Part shown: piece after piece, positions 38,275-46,713 of the stretch
Layout: the number at the start of each line of letters is the position of its first letter
Numbering within the stretch: position 1 is the first letter of the stretch
Assembly (NCBI GenBank): GCA_964194555.1
Contig: CAXMMT010000094.1
Location: forward strand, 1,890-65,889
Origin: an uncultured Boseongicola sp.
GTDB lineage: Bacteria; Actinomycetota; Acidimicrobiia; Spongiisociales; ZC4RG35
Length of the DNA: 64,000 bases
Direction: 5' to 3'
Made by a program: the position numbers and the translations under genes
Notes under the pieces: model-generated
Databases searched by the model: none
Told to the model about the DNA's origin: nothing
What the model saw: the letters and a program-made list of their open reading frames with translations, nothing else

Positions 38275-39850
38275 CCACCTTCTTGTCGAACTTGCCGGTG
38301 CCCGTCTTGGGGATCTCGTCGATGAACACGACCTTGTCGGGCAACCACCAGTCGGCGACCCGTCCTTTGAGATGATCCAGCAACTCCTGTTCTGTCACCT
38401 CGGGCCCCTGTGCCCGAACCACGAACGCGGCCGGCCGTTCCTGCCACTTGAGATGCTTCAAGCCGACCACAGTGGCCTCGGCGACCTGTGGATGAGCCAT
38501 CAGCTCGTTCTCCAGATCCAATGAGGAGATCCACTCTCCTCCCGACTTGATGACATCTTTCGCCCGGTCGGTGATTCGTATGTACCCCTCGGGCGTGATC
38601 TTGCAGACATCTCCCGTCTTCAGCCAACCGTCCACAAAGGACTCCGCAGTGCGATCGTCCTTGTAGTACTCGGCGGCGATCCAGGGTCCCCGAATCAGGA
38701 GCTCTCCGAACGCCTCGCCGTCTTGGGGAAGCTCCTCCCCCTCCTCATCGACGATCTTCACCTGGAGACCGGTGACGGGAAGCCCTGCTGTCTCCAATCG
38801 GTCCAGTTGATCTTCCAGATCCCAATCTTCCATGTGCGGCTTGAGCACCGCCGTCGAGGCGATCGGGTTGGTCTCGGTCATGCCCCATCCCTGGATCAGC
38901 CGAATTCCACGCTCCGTCCAATACCACTTGATCATCGATCTCGGCACGGCCGACCCACCACAGAGAAAAGCGCGGATCGAGGATGTGTCGGCCTCCGGAT
39001 GTGCGGTCAGGTATTGCTGAATCCCCAGCCAAACCGTCGGTACGCCGGCGCTGAAGGTCACCTTCTCGTCGGCAAAGAGCTTGACGATGCCCTCCGGTGA
39101 CAAATCCGGCCCTGGATATGTCAGCTTGGCTCCCTGAGTGACGGCCTCGAAGGTGTAACCCCATGCGGCCGCGTGGAACATCGGGACCACTGGCAGCACG
39201 TTGTCGCTCGGCCCCATGGCGATGTTTGCCAGGTTGGAGATCGTGTGTACGTATGTGGACCGCTGCGTGTAGGCAACTCCCTTGGGGTGTCCGGTCGTAC
39301 CTGAGCTGTAGCAGAGCATCATCGGTGAGCGCTCGTCGAGAAGCGGCCACTGACCGTGTTCGGTCTGATCACCGATCAAATCCTCGTAGGCAATCGACCC
39401 GGCGATCGCGTCACTTGCCTGGTCTCCGAGGATCACCCAGGTCTTGATGGTCTCGAGTTTGTCCACCAGAGGAGCGATGAGCGGGACCAGATCAGGATCG
39501 ACAAACATAGCTCTGTCCTCGGCGTGGTTGATGATGTAGACAATCTGGTCAGCAAACAACCGCAGATTGACTGTGTGACAAACACGCCCGGTATTGGCTG
39601 TCGCCCAATACAGCTCATGGTGTCGCTGGTTGTTCCAGGCGAAAGTGCCGACGGCATCCCCAATCTCCAGACCCAAGACGTCCATCGCCGAGGCGAGCTT
39701 GCGCACCCGAACATCAGTGGACCCATACGTCGATCGAGAGATGGATCGGTCCGACTCGACCGAGACGATCTCCTGGTCGGGATGGATCCATACCGCATGG
39801 TCGTAGAGAGTGGACATCAGAAGCGGGAAGTCGTCCTGCATGTGTGGCAT
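38237..39850 (-). CDS. Fatty-acid--CoA ligase (AlkK/DmdB-like)
   Basis: [43 protein letters not shown]. Confidence 0.93.
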   Translation of the reverse strand: MPHMQDDFPLLMSTLYDHAVWIHPDQEIVSVESDRSISRSTYGSTDVRVRKLASAMDVLGLEIGDAVGTFAWNNQRHHELYWATANTGRVCHTVNLRLFADQIVYIINHAEDRAMFVDPDLVPLIAPLVDKLETIKTWVILGDQASDAIAGSIAYEDLIGDQTEHGQWPLLDERSPMMLCYSSGTTGHPKGVAYTQRSTYVHTISNLANIAMGPSDNVLPVVPMFHAAAWGYTFEAVTQGAKLTYPGPDLSPEGIVKLFADEKVTFSAGVPTVWLGIQQYLTAHPEADTSSIRAFLCGGSAVPRSMIKWYWTERGIRLIQGWGMTETNPIASTAVLKPHMEDWDLEDQLDRLETAGLPVTGLQVKIVDEEGEELPQDGEAFGELLIRGPWIAAEYYKDDRTAESFVDGWLKTGDVCKITPEGYIRITDRAKDVIKSGGEWISSLDLENELMAHPQVAEATVVGLKHLKWQERPAAFVVRAQGPEVTEQELLDHLKGRVADWWLPDKVVFIDEIPKTGTGKFDKKVVRDEYSDLLMDE

Positions 39851-40455
39851 CAGCTACCTCCAAGGAGCTTGGCTTTCTCGGTTTCGAACTCTTGGTCAGT
39901 CAGTTTTTCCTGGTCGTGGAGACGGGAGAGCTTCTCGAGTTGGGACGCGGTCGACTCGGAGGCCGCCGGTGTAGCCCCACCCTCCATGTGAAGTTTTCGC
40001 TGCTCACGCACGCCGTAGATCAGCGCCTGGACTTCCTCTGGCGATGGAATGTCGCGGTATCGGGTCTGACCATGAGTCCCGGCCGACTCGATCAGCAGGT
40101 CGCCGGTCTTGTAGATGCGCTCGAAGATCGTCTGGCTGAATGCGACATCGTTGATCACCTCGAGGGAAATCTCCTTCCCACGCTTGGCTATCCAACCGGC
40201 TCGATAGATCACCCGCTCATTGGTGATGACGTGGTGGGTGGTCAGCCAGCGGGTAACACCCCGAGCTATCAGAGCAATCACACCCACAATCAATAGCGAT
40301 ACGACCCACGCGGGAGTGCTCACGCTGATGAGGAGCCCGCCGAGTACCACGCCAAGAAGAACCAGGAGACCTTCTCTGAGGAGACGGGACCAATGGGGGC
40401 GGAATTGTGCTTCTATCTTCTCGCCGGAGTTGAGTAGACGCTCGGGGTAGCCCAT
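39850..40455 (-). CDS. Membrane protein with bacterial PH domain and SHOCT tail
   Basis: FRPHW, two TM helices, ITNERVI, C-terminal LEKLSRL...LTDQEFETEKAKLL. Confidence 0.88.
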   Translation of the reverse strand: MGYPERLLNSGEKIEAQFRPHWSRLLREGLLVLLGVVLGGLLISVSTPAWVVSLLIVGVIALIARGVTRWLTTHHVITNERVIYRAGWIAKRGKEISLEVINDVAFSQTIFERIYKTGDLLIESAGTHGQTRYRDIPSPEEVQALIYGVREQRKLHMEGGATPAASESTASQLEKLSRLHDQEKLTDQEFETEKAKLLGGS

Positions 40456-40501
40456 GACCGCGGAGCCTAACGGTGAGACCTTGGACGGTGCCTGTCCAGG
40501 C

Positions 40502-40896
40502 GCGAGAAACCCCGAGGGAGTCTTGGCCGAAGCCTCAACCCTCTCGGGGTTCTCTATCCCGTTCGTCGTCCGGCCGGGGACCGGACTTCGATCAGGTTTC
40601 GCCGTTGGCCGAAGCCAGCGGCTATGCGATCCGAGGACCGCTCTCCCCGTTTCCGAGGAGGTTGCAGACCTTGCGGCCTGCTAGCCGTCAGTCCGCTCGA
40701 CGATCCCGAAGGATCCCCGCTCGGTCTGCCGACCGCCCGTTGCCTCCGGTTTCCCTTCGGCTTCGGGTTGAACCTTCCTTCCGGTTTCCCGTCTCTCCGG
40801 TTCGACCTTCCGGCCGGTTTCCCGACCTTCCGGCCTGACCAACCCGACGGTCTCCCGTCGTTTTGGCCCGTCGGAGGGTCTCCCCTTCGACATGAC
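40502..40896 (-). ncRNA. Candidate ~390-nt highly structured non-coding RNA of unrecognised family
   Basis: More than 12 short helices closed by GNRA/UUCG loops only when read on the minus strand; upstream promoter; terminal GC hairpin. Confidence 0.75.
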
Positions 40897-40900
40897 CGGA

Positions 40901-40929
40901 AAAGTAGACCATCCCGATACCTTCCACAA
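40901..40929 (-). promoter_or_regulatory. Sigma70/SigA-type promoter of the large candidate RNA
   Basis: TTGTGG (40929-40924)-N17-TACTTT (40906-40901). Confidence 0.7.
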
Positions 40930-40999
40930 GCCAGAAACCTGATTGTTTTTCGCGAACTGGGTTCTCTTTTCGCGACCCCGCAATTTCGCCAATGAGAAT

Positions 41000-41125
41000 G
41001 CGAGAAACCCCGAGGAAGTCCTGACCGAAGCCCGCCTAGGCCGAAGCCTCCTAGGGCCGAAGTCTCAACCCTCTCGGGGTTCTCACTGCCACTTCGCCGG
41101 GAAAGCGGGCCCCCGACTGGGCGAC
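41000..41125 (-). ncRNA. Candidate ~125-nt non-coding RNA, paralogous to the 3' end of the large RNA
   Basis: 3' domain GAGAACCCCGAGAGGGTTGAG...CTCGGGGTTTCTC shared with 40502-40554; three CTTCGG motifs; own promoter. Confidence 0.7.
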
Positions 41126-41132
41126 AAATCCG

Positions 41133-41161
41133 AACATACGTAACTCCGACATGAGCGTCAA
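41133..41161 (-). promoter_or_regulatory. Near-consensus sigma70/SigA promoter of the small candidate RNA
   Basis: TTGACG (41161-41156)-N17-TATGTT (41138-41133). Confidence 0.8.
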
Positions 41162-41264
41162 GGAGCACCGGCTCAATGTTTTCGCGCCCTGGAAGAACGT
41201 CTCGCGGATCATCCCCGATCAGATTCGGACGGGTGTCGAGTAAGGCCCAGTTAGCGTCATTCGG

Positions 41265-42512
41265 ATGTGGTCCGACCGGAATGTACGACGTGTCGTGCTT
41301 GCGCGACTCATCTCCAGGATCGGTGGAGAAGCGGCATTCTTTGTCGGCATTTGGGGCAAGGCGGCCTTCCAACTCGAAGCAACTGCCAGCGAACTCGCAT
41401 TGGTCATGGCCGCTCTCGGTGTCGCGTCGCTGATCGGCGCCTCGATTGCCGGCGTTCTCATCGACCGCTTTGATCCACGCCGGGTTGTGCTCTACGGGGA
41501 GATCCTCTTCATCCCGTCCGCAATCGGACTGGTCTTTGCCGACACATTGCCTTCGCTGGTCGTCGCCACCTTCGTGCTGGGGCTGGTGGGCACGCCGGTC
41601 TTCACTGCCATTTCGTCGTTTGCGCCCTTCCTGACGGACGATGAGGACAGACTCGCCAAGATCAACGGTTGGATCGAAGGTGCGTCTTGGATGGCCTTCG
41701 TCCTCGGCCCCGCGTTGGGAGCTCTTCTCGTGGTCACGATCAGCGTCGACGCCATCTTCGTACTCGACGCTGTCACGTCTGCCATCGCCGCCCTCCTGAT
41801 TCTTCCCGTTGGAGTGAGACGCCTCTCGGCAAGGGAAGGGGAGAAACACGGCTTCACCGAGATGAAGGAGGGCTTTGCCTACACATACAGCAATCGCCGG
41901 CTCCGGTTTTACATCTGGCTCGGAGCATCTGTCTGGCTGCTCTTCGGTACCTTCGGCTCGCTCGAACCTCTGTTCTATCGCGACGTCCTCGGGACAAGCC
42001 TGGAGACTCTCGGTTGGGTGAACTCGATTTTCGGACTTGGGCTCATCATCGGAACCTTGATCTCCGGGCGATTGTCGGCACGATTCCGCACCGCCCGATG
42101 GCTCACCTTCTTCGTCGCTCTCAATGCAGTAGGCGTTCTCGCCTACGTGGGCACCGACATGCTTCAGGTGGTGGTACCGGCCGGGGCGTTTTGGGGGATG
42201 ATCATTGGTGTGATGGCGCCGCTTCTCCGCACGATGATCCAGTTGAACTCACCCGACGAGATGGTCGGCCGGATCATGGGTGTCACCCACATCCACTCGG
42301 AGGTCGGTCACCTGATTCCGCTGGCGATCGCACCATGGCTTGCCGGCATATTTGGCGTGCAGCCGACGCTGATCGGCGCCGGGGTACTGATAGCAGTCGT
42401 GGCATCACTTTTCTGGCCAAGAGCTGCGCAGCTGGATAGAACCCGGAGGACCGAGGTCCCCCCGACCGGTCTTCCCGATCCGGCGAATGAGCCTCGTTCA
42501 GTGGGACACTGA
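41265..42512 (+). CDS. MFS transporter (macrolide-efflux/DHA3-like)
   Basis: About 12 TM helices, GVLIDRFDPRR motif A, EMVGRIMG. Confidence 0.92.
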   Translation: MWSDRNVRRVVLARLISRIGGEAAFFVGIWGKAAFQLEATASELALVMAALGVASLIGASIAGVLIDRFDPRRVVLYGEILFIPSAIGLVFADTLPSLVVATFVLGLVGTPVFTAISSFAPFLTDDEDRLAKINGWIEGASWMAFVLGPALGALLVVTISVDAIFVLDAVTSAIAALLILPVGVRRLSAREGEKHGFTEMKEGFAYTYSNRRLRFYIWLGASVWLLFGTFGSLEPLFYRDVLGTSLETLGWVNSIFGLGLIIGTLISGRLSARFRTARWLTFFVALNAVGVLAYVGTDMLQVVVPAGAFWGMIIGVMAPLLRTMIQLNSPDEMVGRIMGVTHIHSEVGHLIPLAIAPWLAGIFGVQPTLIGAGVLIAVVASLFWPRAAQLDRTRRTEVPPTGLPDPANEPRSVGH

Positions 42513-42526
42513 GATCACCGCGAATC

Positions 42527-42548
42527 TGTCACACGTCGTTCCTATGAT
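42527..42548 (+). promoter_or_regulatory. RecA-NDp/PafBC-type promoter
   Basis: TGTCAC-N10-TATGAT, then 6 nt to ATG 42555. Confidence 0.7.
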
Positions 42549-42554
42549 CGCAAT

Positions 42555-43358
42555 ATGACTGTCCAGCTGGAAAATCTCCGTCTCGAAACCCTCTCACCAA
42601 GCCGGGCGGGTGACTTCAAGACGTGCCCTCAGCTATTCAAGTTCCGCGCCATAGATCGACTGCCCGAGCCGACCTCGATCTACCAGGCCAGGGGAACGAC
42701 GGCTCATCTCGCCTTGCAACGTCTCTTCGATGATCCTCTCGATCAGCGGACACCGAGGCGACTGTTCAATCTCTTCCGCGAGGCATGGACCGAGGTCCGA
42801 GGTGATGAGGAGTTCGAAGGGCTGTTCACCGACGAGGACGAAGAGCGGAAGTGGGGACTCGAGTCACTCGAACTGCTTGGCAACTACTTCGCCATCGAAG
42901 ACCCGAAATCGTTTGACCCCGAAGACCGGGAATTGGACATGCTCGAGGACCTCGACGGGATCGTCATTCGCGGGATTCTCGATCGGATCGACCGTGACTC
43001 CGATGGCCGGCTGATCATCACCGACTACAAGACCGGCAAGGCGCCACCCGAGCGATATGCCCTGTCGGCGTTCTTTGCCCTCAAGATCTACGCCCTTCTC
43101 ATCCGAAAGCGCACGGGCGAGACACCCAAAGAGCTTCGCCTCCTCTATCTCAACGGACCCACGCTCTACCAACTCACCGTCGACGACCAGCAACTCGACG
43201 CCATGGATGTCCAACTCCGGGCTCTATGGAAGGCTATCGACAGGGCAATCTCCACCGATCGATTCCCCACCCGCACGGGAAGACTCTGTGACTGGTGCTC
43301 CTTCCAGGAGATATGCCCCGCCTTCACAGACGACGAGGTTCAGAGTCCGTCGGAATAG
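42555..43358 (+). CDS. RecB-family PD-(D/E)XK exonuclease with four Cys (likely Fe-S)
   Basis: LSPSRAGDFKTCP, RGILDRID, ITDYKTGK, LCDWCSFQEICP. Confidence 0.92.
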   Translation: MTVQLENLRLETLSPSRAGDFKTCPQLFKFRAIDRLPEPTSIYQARGTTAHLALQRLFDDPLDQRTPRRLFNLFREAWTEVRGDEEFEGLFTDEDEERKWGLESLELLGNYFAIEDPKSFDPEDRELDMLEDLDGIVIRGILDRIDRDSDGRLIITDYKTGKAPPERYALSAFFALKIYALLIRKRTGETPKELRLLYLNGPTLYQLTVDDQQLDAMDVQLRALWKAIDRAISTDRFPTRTGRLCDWCSFQEICPAFTDDEVQSPSE

Positions 43359-43430
43359 TCAACTCGCGCAATGGTTCAATTCGGAGCCGGTTAGGGTCGC
43401 CCGCGTCCACTTATCCTTGGAGGGAAAGAA

Positions 43431-44438
43431 ATGGAGCCGCAAGAGCAGGCCGGTATGTTGCTGGCCAACGCAGCCGGGTATATAGCGACGAGAACCATTC
43501 GAATCGGTCTCGACCGCGGGCTCTTCGAGCTCATAGGAGAGACCGGTCCTACCAGTTCGGCTGATCTCGCCGAGGCCGCCGGATTAGACGAGTTGTATTC
43601 GGAAGTGTGGTGCCGCTCGGCGTTCGCCACCGGTGTGCTCCAGGGCCACGACGAAGACGCGTACACCCTGGCTCCGCATATCGAGGTGCTGCTTCTCGAC
43701 CGGAGCTCGCCGGCATACGTAGGGGGTTTGTTCAAGGTGCTGACCGAGCCCGAAGTGTTCGACGTCTTCACCGAGAACTTCGAGTCTGGCGAGCGGATCT
43801 GGTGGGACCAGACCAGCCCGGCGTGGATCGCCGCCGTGGGCGAAACTGGTGGAGCCTTCAACACCCGGTTCATACCCGATGGTCTCTCTCAGGTCCCGGG
43901 CGCAGCGGATCGTCTCGCCGCCGGGAGCAAGGCTCTCGAGTTGGCTTGCGGAACCGGAGTCGGATTGGTGCGTCTTGGCACCGAGTTCCCCAATCTCGAT
44001 CTCGTCGGACTGGACGGCGACGCTCACTCTTTGAGATCAGCAGGTTCCCGCATCGATGACGCTGGGATGGCCGGCAGAGTCCATCTCATCCACTCCGGCA
44101 TGGAGGACCTCGACGCCGAAGCAGAGTTCGACGCGATAACAATCAACGTGTCGATGCACGAGTGCCGAGATATCGAGAAAGTAACCGAAGCCGTGTATCG
44201 GGCTCTCAAGCCCGACGGTTACTTCCTCAACTCCGACTTCCCTTTCCCAGAGGCCGGAGAAGGGGTGAAGACCGTTCCCGGTCGGATCATGTCAGGAATC
44301 CAGTTCTTCGAAGCGTTGATCGATGACCAACTTCTATCCGTCAACTACTACCTCGACCTATACGACCGTCACGGATTCACCGAAAAAGGCGTCGTCGAGG
44401 TGACCCCGCTACACGCGATCACCTGGGCAAGAAAGTAG
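43431..44438 (+). CDS. SAM-dependent methyltransferase with N-terminal wHTH
   Basis: LELACGTG motif I; N-terminal DLAEAAGLDE. Confidence 0.88.
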   Translation: MEPQEQAGMLLANAAGYIATRTIRIGLDRGLFELIGETGPTSSADLAEAAGLDELYSEVWCRSAFATGVLQGHDEDAYTLAPHIEVLLLDRSSPAYVGGLFKVLTEPEVFDVFTENFESGERIWWDQTSPAWIAAVGETGGAFNTRFIPDGLSQVPGAADRLAAGSKALELACGTGVGLVRLGTEFPNLDLVGLDGDAHSLRSAGSRIDDAGMAGRVHLIHSGMEDLDAEAEFDAITINVSMHECRDIEKVTEAVYRALKPDGYFLNSDFPFPEAGEGVKTVPGRIMSGIQFFEALIDDQLLSVNYYLDLYDRHGFTEKGVVEVTPLHAITWARK

Positions 44439-44613
44439 ACAACACAACTCTGAAACGGTGACGCCACCGGCGTTGGTCAGATGTCGGACCATCGACCCGA
44501 GCTGCACGATCTTCGACATTGTCAGGCTGCAACCGGCAAATGCCTCAGTCGTTTTGTTGCGATTTCGTAACGGAGATGCGACAGAGTTGCGCCACGCGAC
44601 ATAGGAGAACGTA

Positions 44614-45390
44614 GTGGAAGAGACGTTGGTTGATGGAAAACCAGGGGCACATTGGACGACGCAGGCATTTGGCCTGGCCCTCATATCGGCGGCCCTGCTG
44701 GTCTTCACGATTCTGGGGCTCGTGCTCTTTGGTGTTGAAGATGCCGCGTTCTTTGGACTAATCACCGCTGTCGCGGTTGTCGTGACAGCTGTGGTTTGGC
44801 GGCTCGATAATGGCTGGGCGCGCGCCCTTGGCGTCCTGGCCACCCTTGGCGCAATGGCGACCATGTTCTGGCTCGCATTTGGGGTGTTCCAGGTGTTCAG
44901 CCCTCTTGAGTTCATCGTCGGTCTGGTGTTCCTGCTCGGAGTGGTTCTGTCCCTCGTAGGCGGGATCATGGCCCTGTTCTCAAGGAAGAAAGGCGATACC
45001 GGTCCAAGTAAACGTGAGACGCGTGTGCGCAAGGGAACCATGGGTCTGATCGGTGTGGCAGCAGTCATCTCCATCGTCGGATTTCTCTTCACGAAGGAAA
45101 GCGTCAGCGAAGCCGAGGCTTCGGGAGCGACCCCGCTCGAAATGGTCAACTTCGAGTTCGAGCCATCCACAACCTCGATTCCCTCGGGCGGGAAACTGCT
45201 GGTCGCCAACTCCGACGCGTTCGCCCATGATTTCACCCTCGAGGAACTCGACATCTACGTGTACTTCGGGCCCGGCAGCGAGGCCCTGGTAGATCTGAGC
45301 GGCGCCGCGCCGGGGACCTATCCCTACCTCTGCTCCCTCCACTCCGACGGGACGGAGGGGATGAGAGGCACGGTCACTATCGAGTCGTAG
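44614..45390 (+). CDS. Membrane protein with C-terminal cupredoxin domain
   Basis: About 5 TM helices, then FEFEP, AHDFT, GTYPYLCSLH...GMRG (His/Cys/His/Met). Confidence 0.85.
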   Translation: MEETLVDGKPGAHWTTQAFGLALISAALLVFTILGLVLFGVEDAAFFGLITAVAVVVTAVVWRLDNGWARALGVLATLGAMATMFWLAFGVFQVFSPLEFIVGLVFLLGVVLSLVGGIMALFSRKKGDTGPSKRETRVRKGTMGLIGVAAVISIVGFLFTKESVSEAEASGATPLEMVNFEFEPSTTSIPSGGKLLVANSDAFAHDFTLEELDIYVYFGPGSEALVDLSGAAPGTYPYLCSLHSDGTEGMRGTVTIES

Positions 45391-45407
45391 ATCTTCTACT
45401 CGGCCGA

Positions 45408-45497
45408 TAAGGACCTTCGCCTATCACTCCAGAGACAGTTTCGGTGGGGGGCTGGGACCGATGCCAAAAGTCCGATTCGGTAAGGACTTGGTCCCCT
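45408..45497 (+). promoter_or_regulatory. Three DosR/DevR-like boxes
   Basis: TAAGGACCTTCGCCTA, CTGGGACCGATGCCAA, TAAGGACTTGGTCCCC. Confidence 0.55.
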
Positions 45498-45556
45498 ACC
45501 GTCGTGGCCTGTCAGGAACGATCATGTGAATGATTTCACAAGGAAAGGAAAATCTG

Positions 45557-46297
45557 ATGGCAGAGCGCCTTCAAACACTCGGTATCGTTCTAGCTCTATT
45601 CGGCGTTGGTTTCGTGATCGCCGGTGGGGTTGCGTTTGTTCAAGTACAGAATGGATACGGCTCCCTACAGTCGTTTAGCCAAGCACAGAACGTGACTTTG
45701 AGCTACAACGAGGATGGGCAACTGACCGATCGCGGCACCACCGAAGGTGCAGCGGCGATCATGTCCCTTCTTGTAGATGACTGGGGCTACCCCGTCAACG
45801 AATCTCATCTGAATCCCAATGATCCGCTCGTCAACACGTCAACTGAGTACATGTATCAGATGGCAACGGTCGGCTACCACATCCTCAACGGCGCCCAGAC
45901 GGTCGTTCTGGACGAAGCCGTCGAGTACAACGGCGAGACGTTCGCCGCCGGCTCGCACGACCTCGTGGTGAACACGGTGGGGAGCGAGGAGCGCGTCGCT
46001 GCTGGTCTCGGTGGATATTGGACCGACTTCGACCGCAGCCACCCGATCGAGGGGCCCGCGCGCTCACAGGCGTGGAGCGGCACGGCACACGGGCTCTTCG
46101 CTGAGCTTGGTGTCGGCACGGTGACCGGTTCTGCGCTGCAGATGGGCATGGGTCTTGCAGGTGCTTTCGCAGGCATCGGCATGTTCGCCCTGATCGCCGG
46201 ACTGGGACTGGTCTGGGTGAGCAAGACAAGAGACTCATTCAAAGGTATCGAGGTCACAGCACCCGAGATGCCGCGACAAAAGGTGGATGTCAACTGA
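45557..46297 (+). CDS. Hypothetical membrane protein (N- and C-terminal TM helices, external loop)
   Basis: ATG after AAGGAAAGGA (alternative start 45530); followed by a terminator. Confidence 0.8.
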   Translation: MAERLQTLGIVLALFGVGFVIAGGVAFVQVQNGYGSLQSFSQAQNVTLSYNEDGQLTDRGTTEGAAAIMSLLVDDWGYPVNESHLNPNDPLVNTSTEYMYQMATVGYHILNGAQTVVLDEAVEYNGETFAAGSHDLVVNTVGSEERVAAGLGGYWTDFDRSHPIEGPARSQAWSGTAHGLFAELGVGTVTGSALQMGMGLAGAFAGIGMFALIAGLGLVWVSKTRDSFKGIEVTAPEMPRQKVDVN

Positions 46298-46322
46298 CAA
46301 CCCGCCTCCAAACGCAGAACAC

Positions 46323-46357
46323 GAGACCCCCGCATCAGGTGGGGGTCTCACTTTTCT
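46323..46357 (+). terminator. Intrinsic terminator
   Basis: GAGACCCCCGC...GTGGGGGTCTC followed by ACTTTTCT. Confidence 0.8.
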
Positions 46358-46382
46358 CACGTCCTGGCGAGACAGCCCTTGA

Positions 46383-46549
46383 CTAGAACTAAGGCCACGA
46401 ACGTTGGCGATGTTGAGGGCGAGGCAGAGGCGTCTATGACAAGGACGCAGGACGAAGGGCGCACCGGCGCGTTCGTCGAGGACGAGGACACCGTCAGGGG
46501 CGTCACTCGACGTCCTGAACGCGGCAAACGTTCGAGGTCGGGGCACTAG
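46383..46549. mobile_element. Palindromic MITE/REP-like element, copy 3
   Basis: CTAG at both ends; closely similar to 4196-4361. Confidence 0.85.
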
Positions 46550-46713
46550 CCTCGGAAGCGATGGCCCGACTGAACATCGACCTCCAAGACGATCCGGAGA
46601 TTTCAGCCGGGAAAGAGCTCATTGAACGACTGGTAGGGGCGCAAATGGTCGCCCGAGACGAAGAAGAACTCCTCCACCTCCGCGACGAATAACTCCCGGA
46701 GCGATGACTTGTC

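Noticed and set aside
40502-40896. Identification as RNase P RNA, tmRNA, SRP RNA or an rRNA fragment
   Set aside because: No GAGGAAAGTCC P4 signature, no tRNA-like ends or tag ORF, no SRP domain IV motif recognised
40554-41849. 431-aa minus-strand ORF spanning the candidate RNA locus
   Set aside because: Antisense to the MFS gene, Arg/Gly/Ser-rich with no domain; the hairpin and tetraloop pattern explains the sequence better
42555-43358. Cas4-like nuclease as evidence of a CRISPR system
   Set aside because: No repeat-spacer array or other cas gene; fits the stand-alone RecB-family repair nuclease
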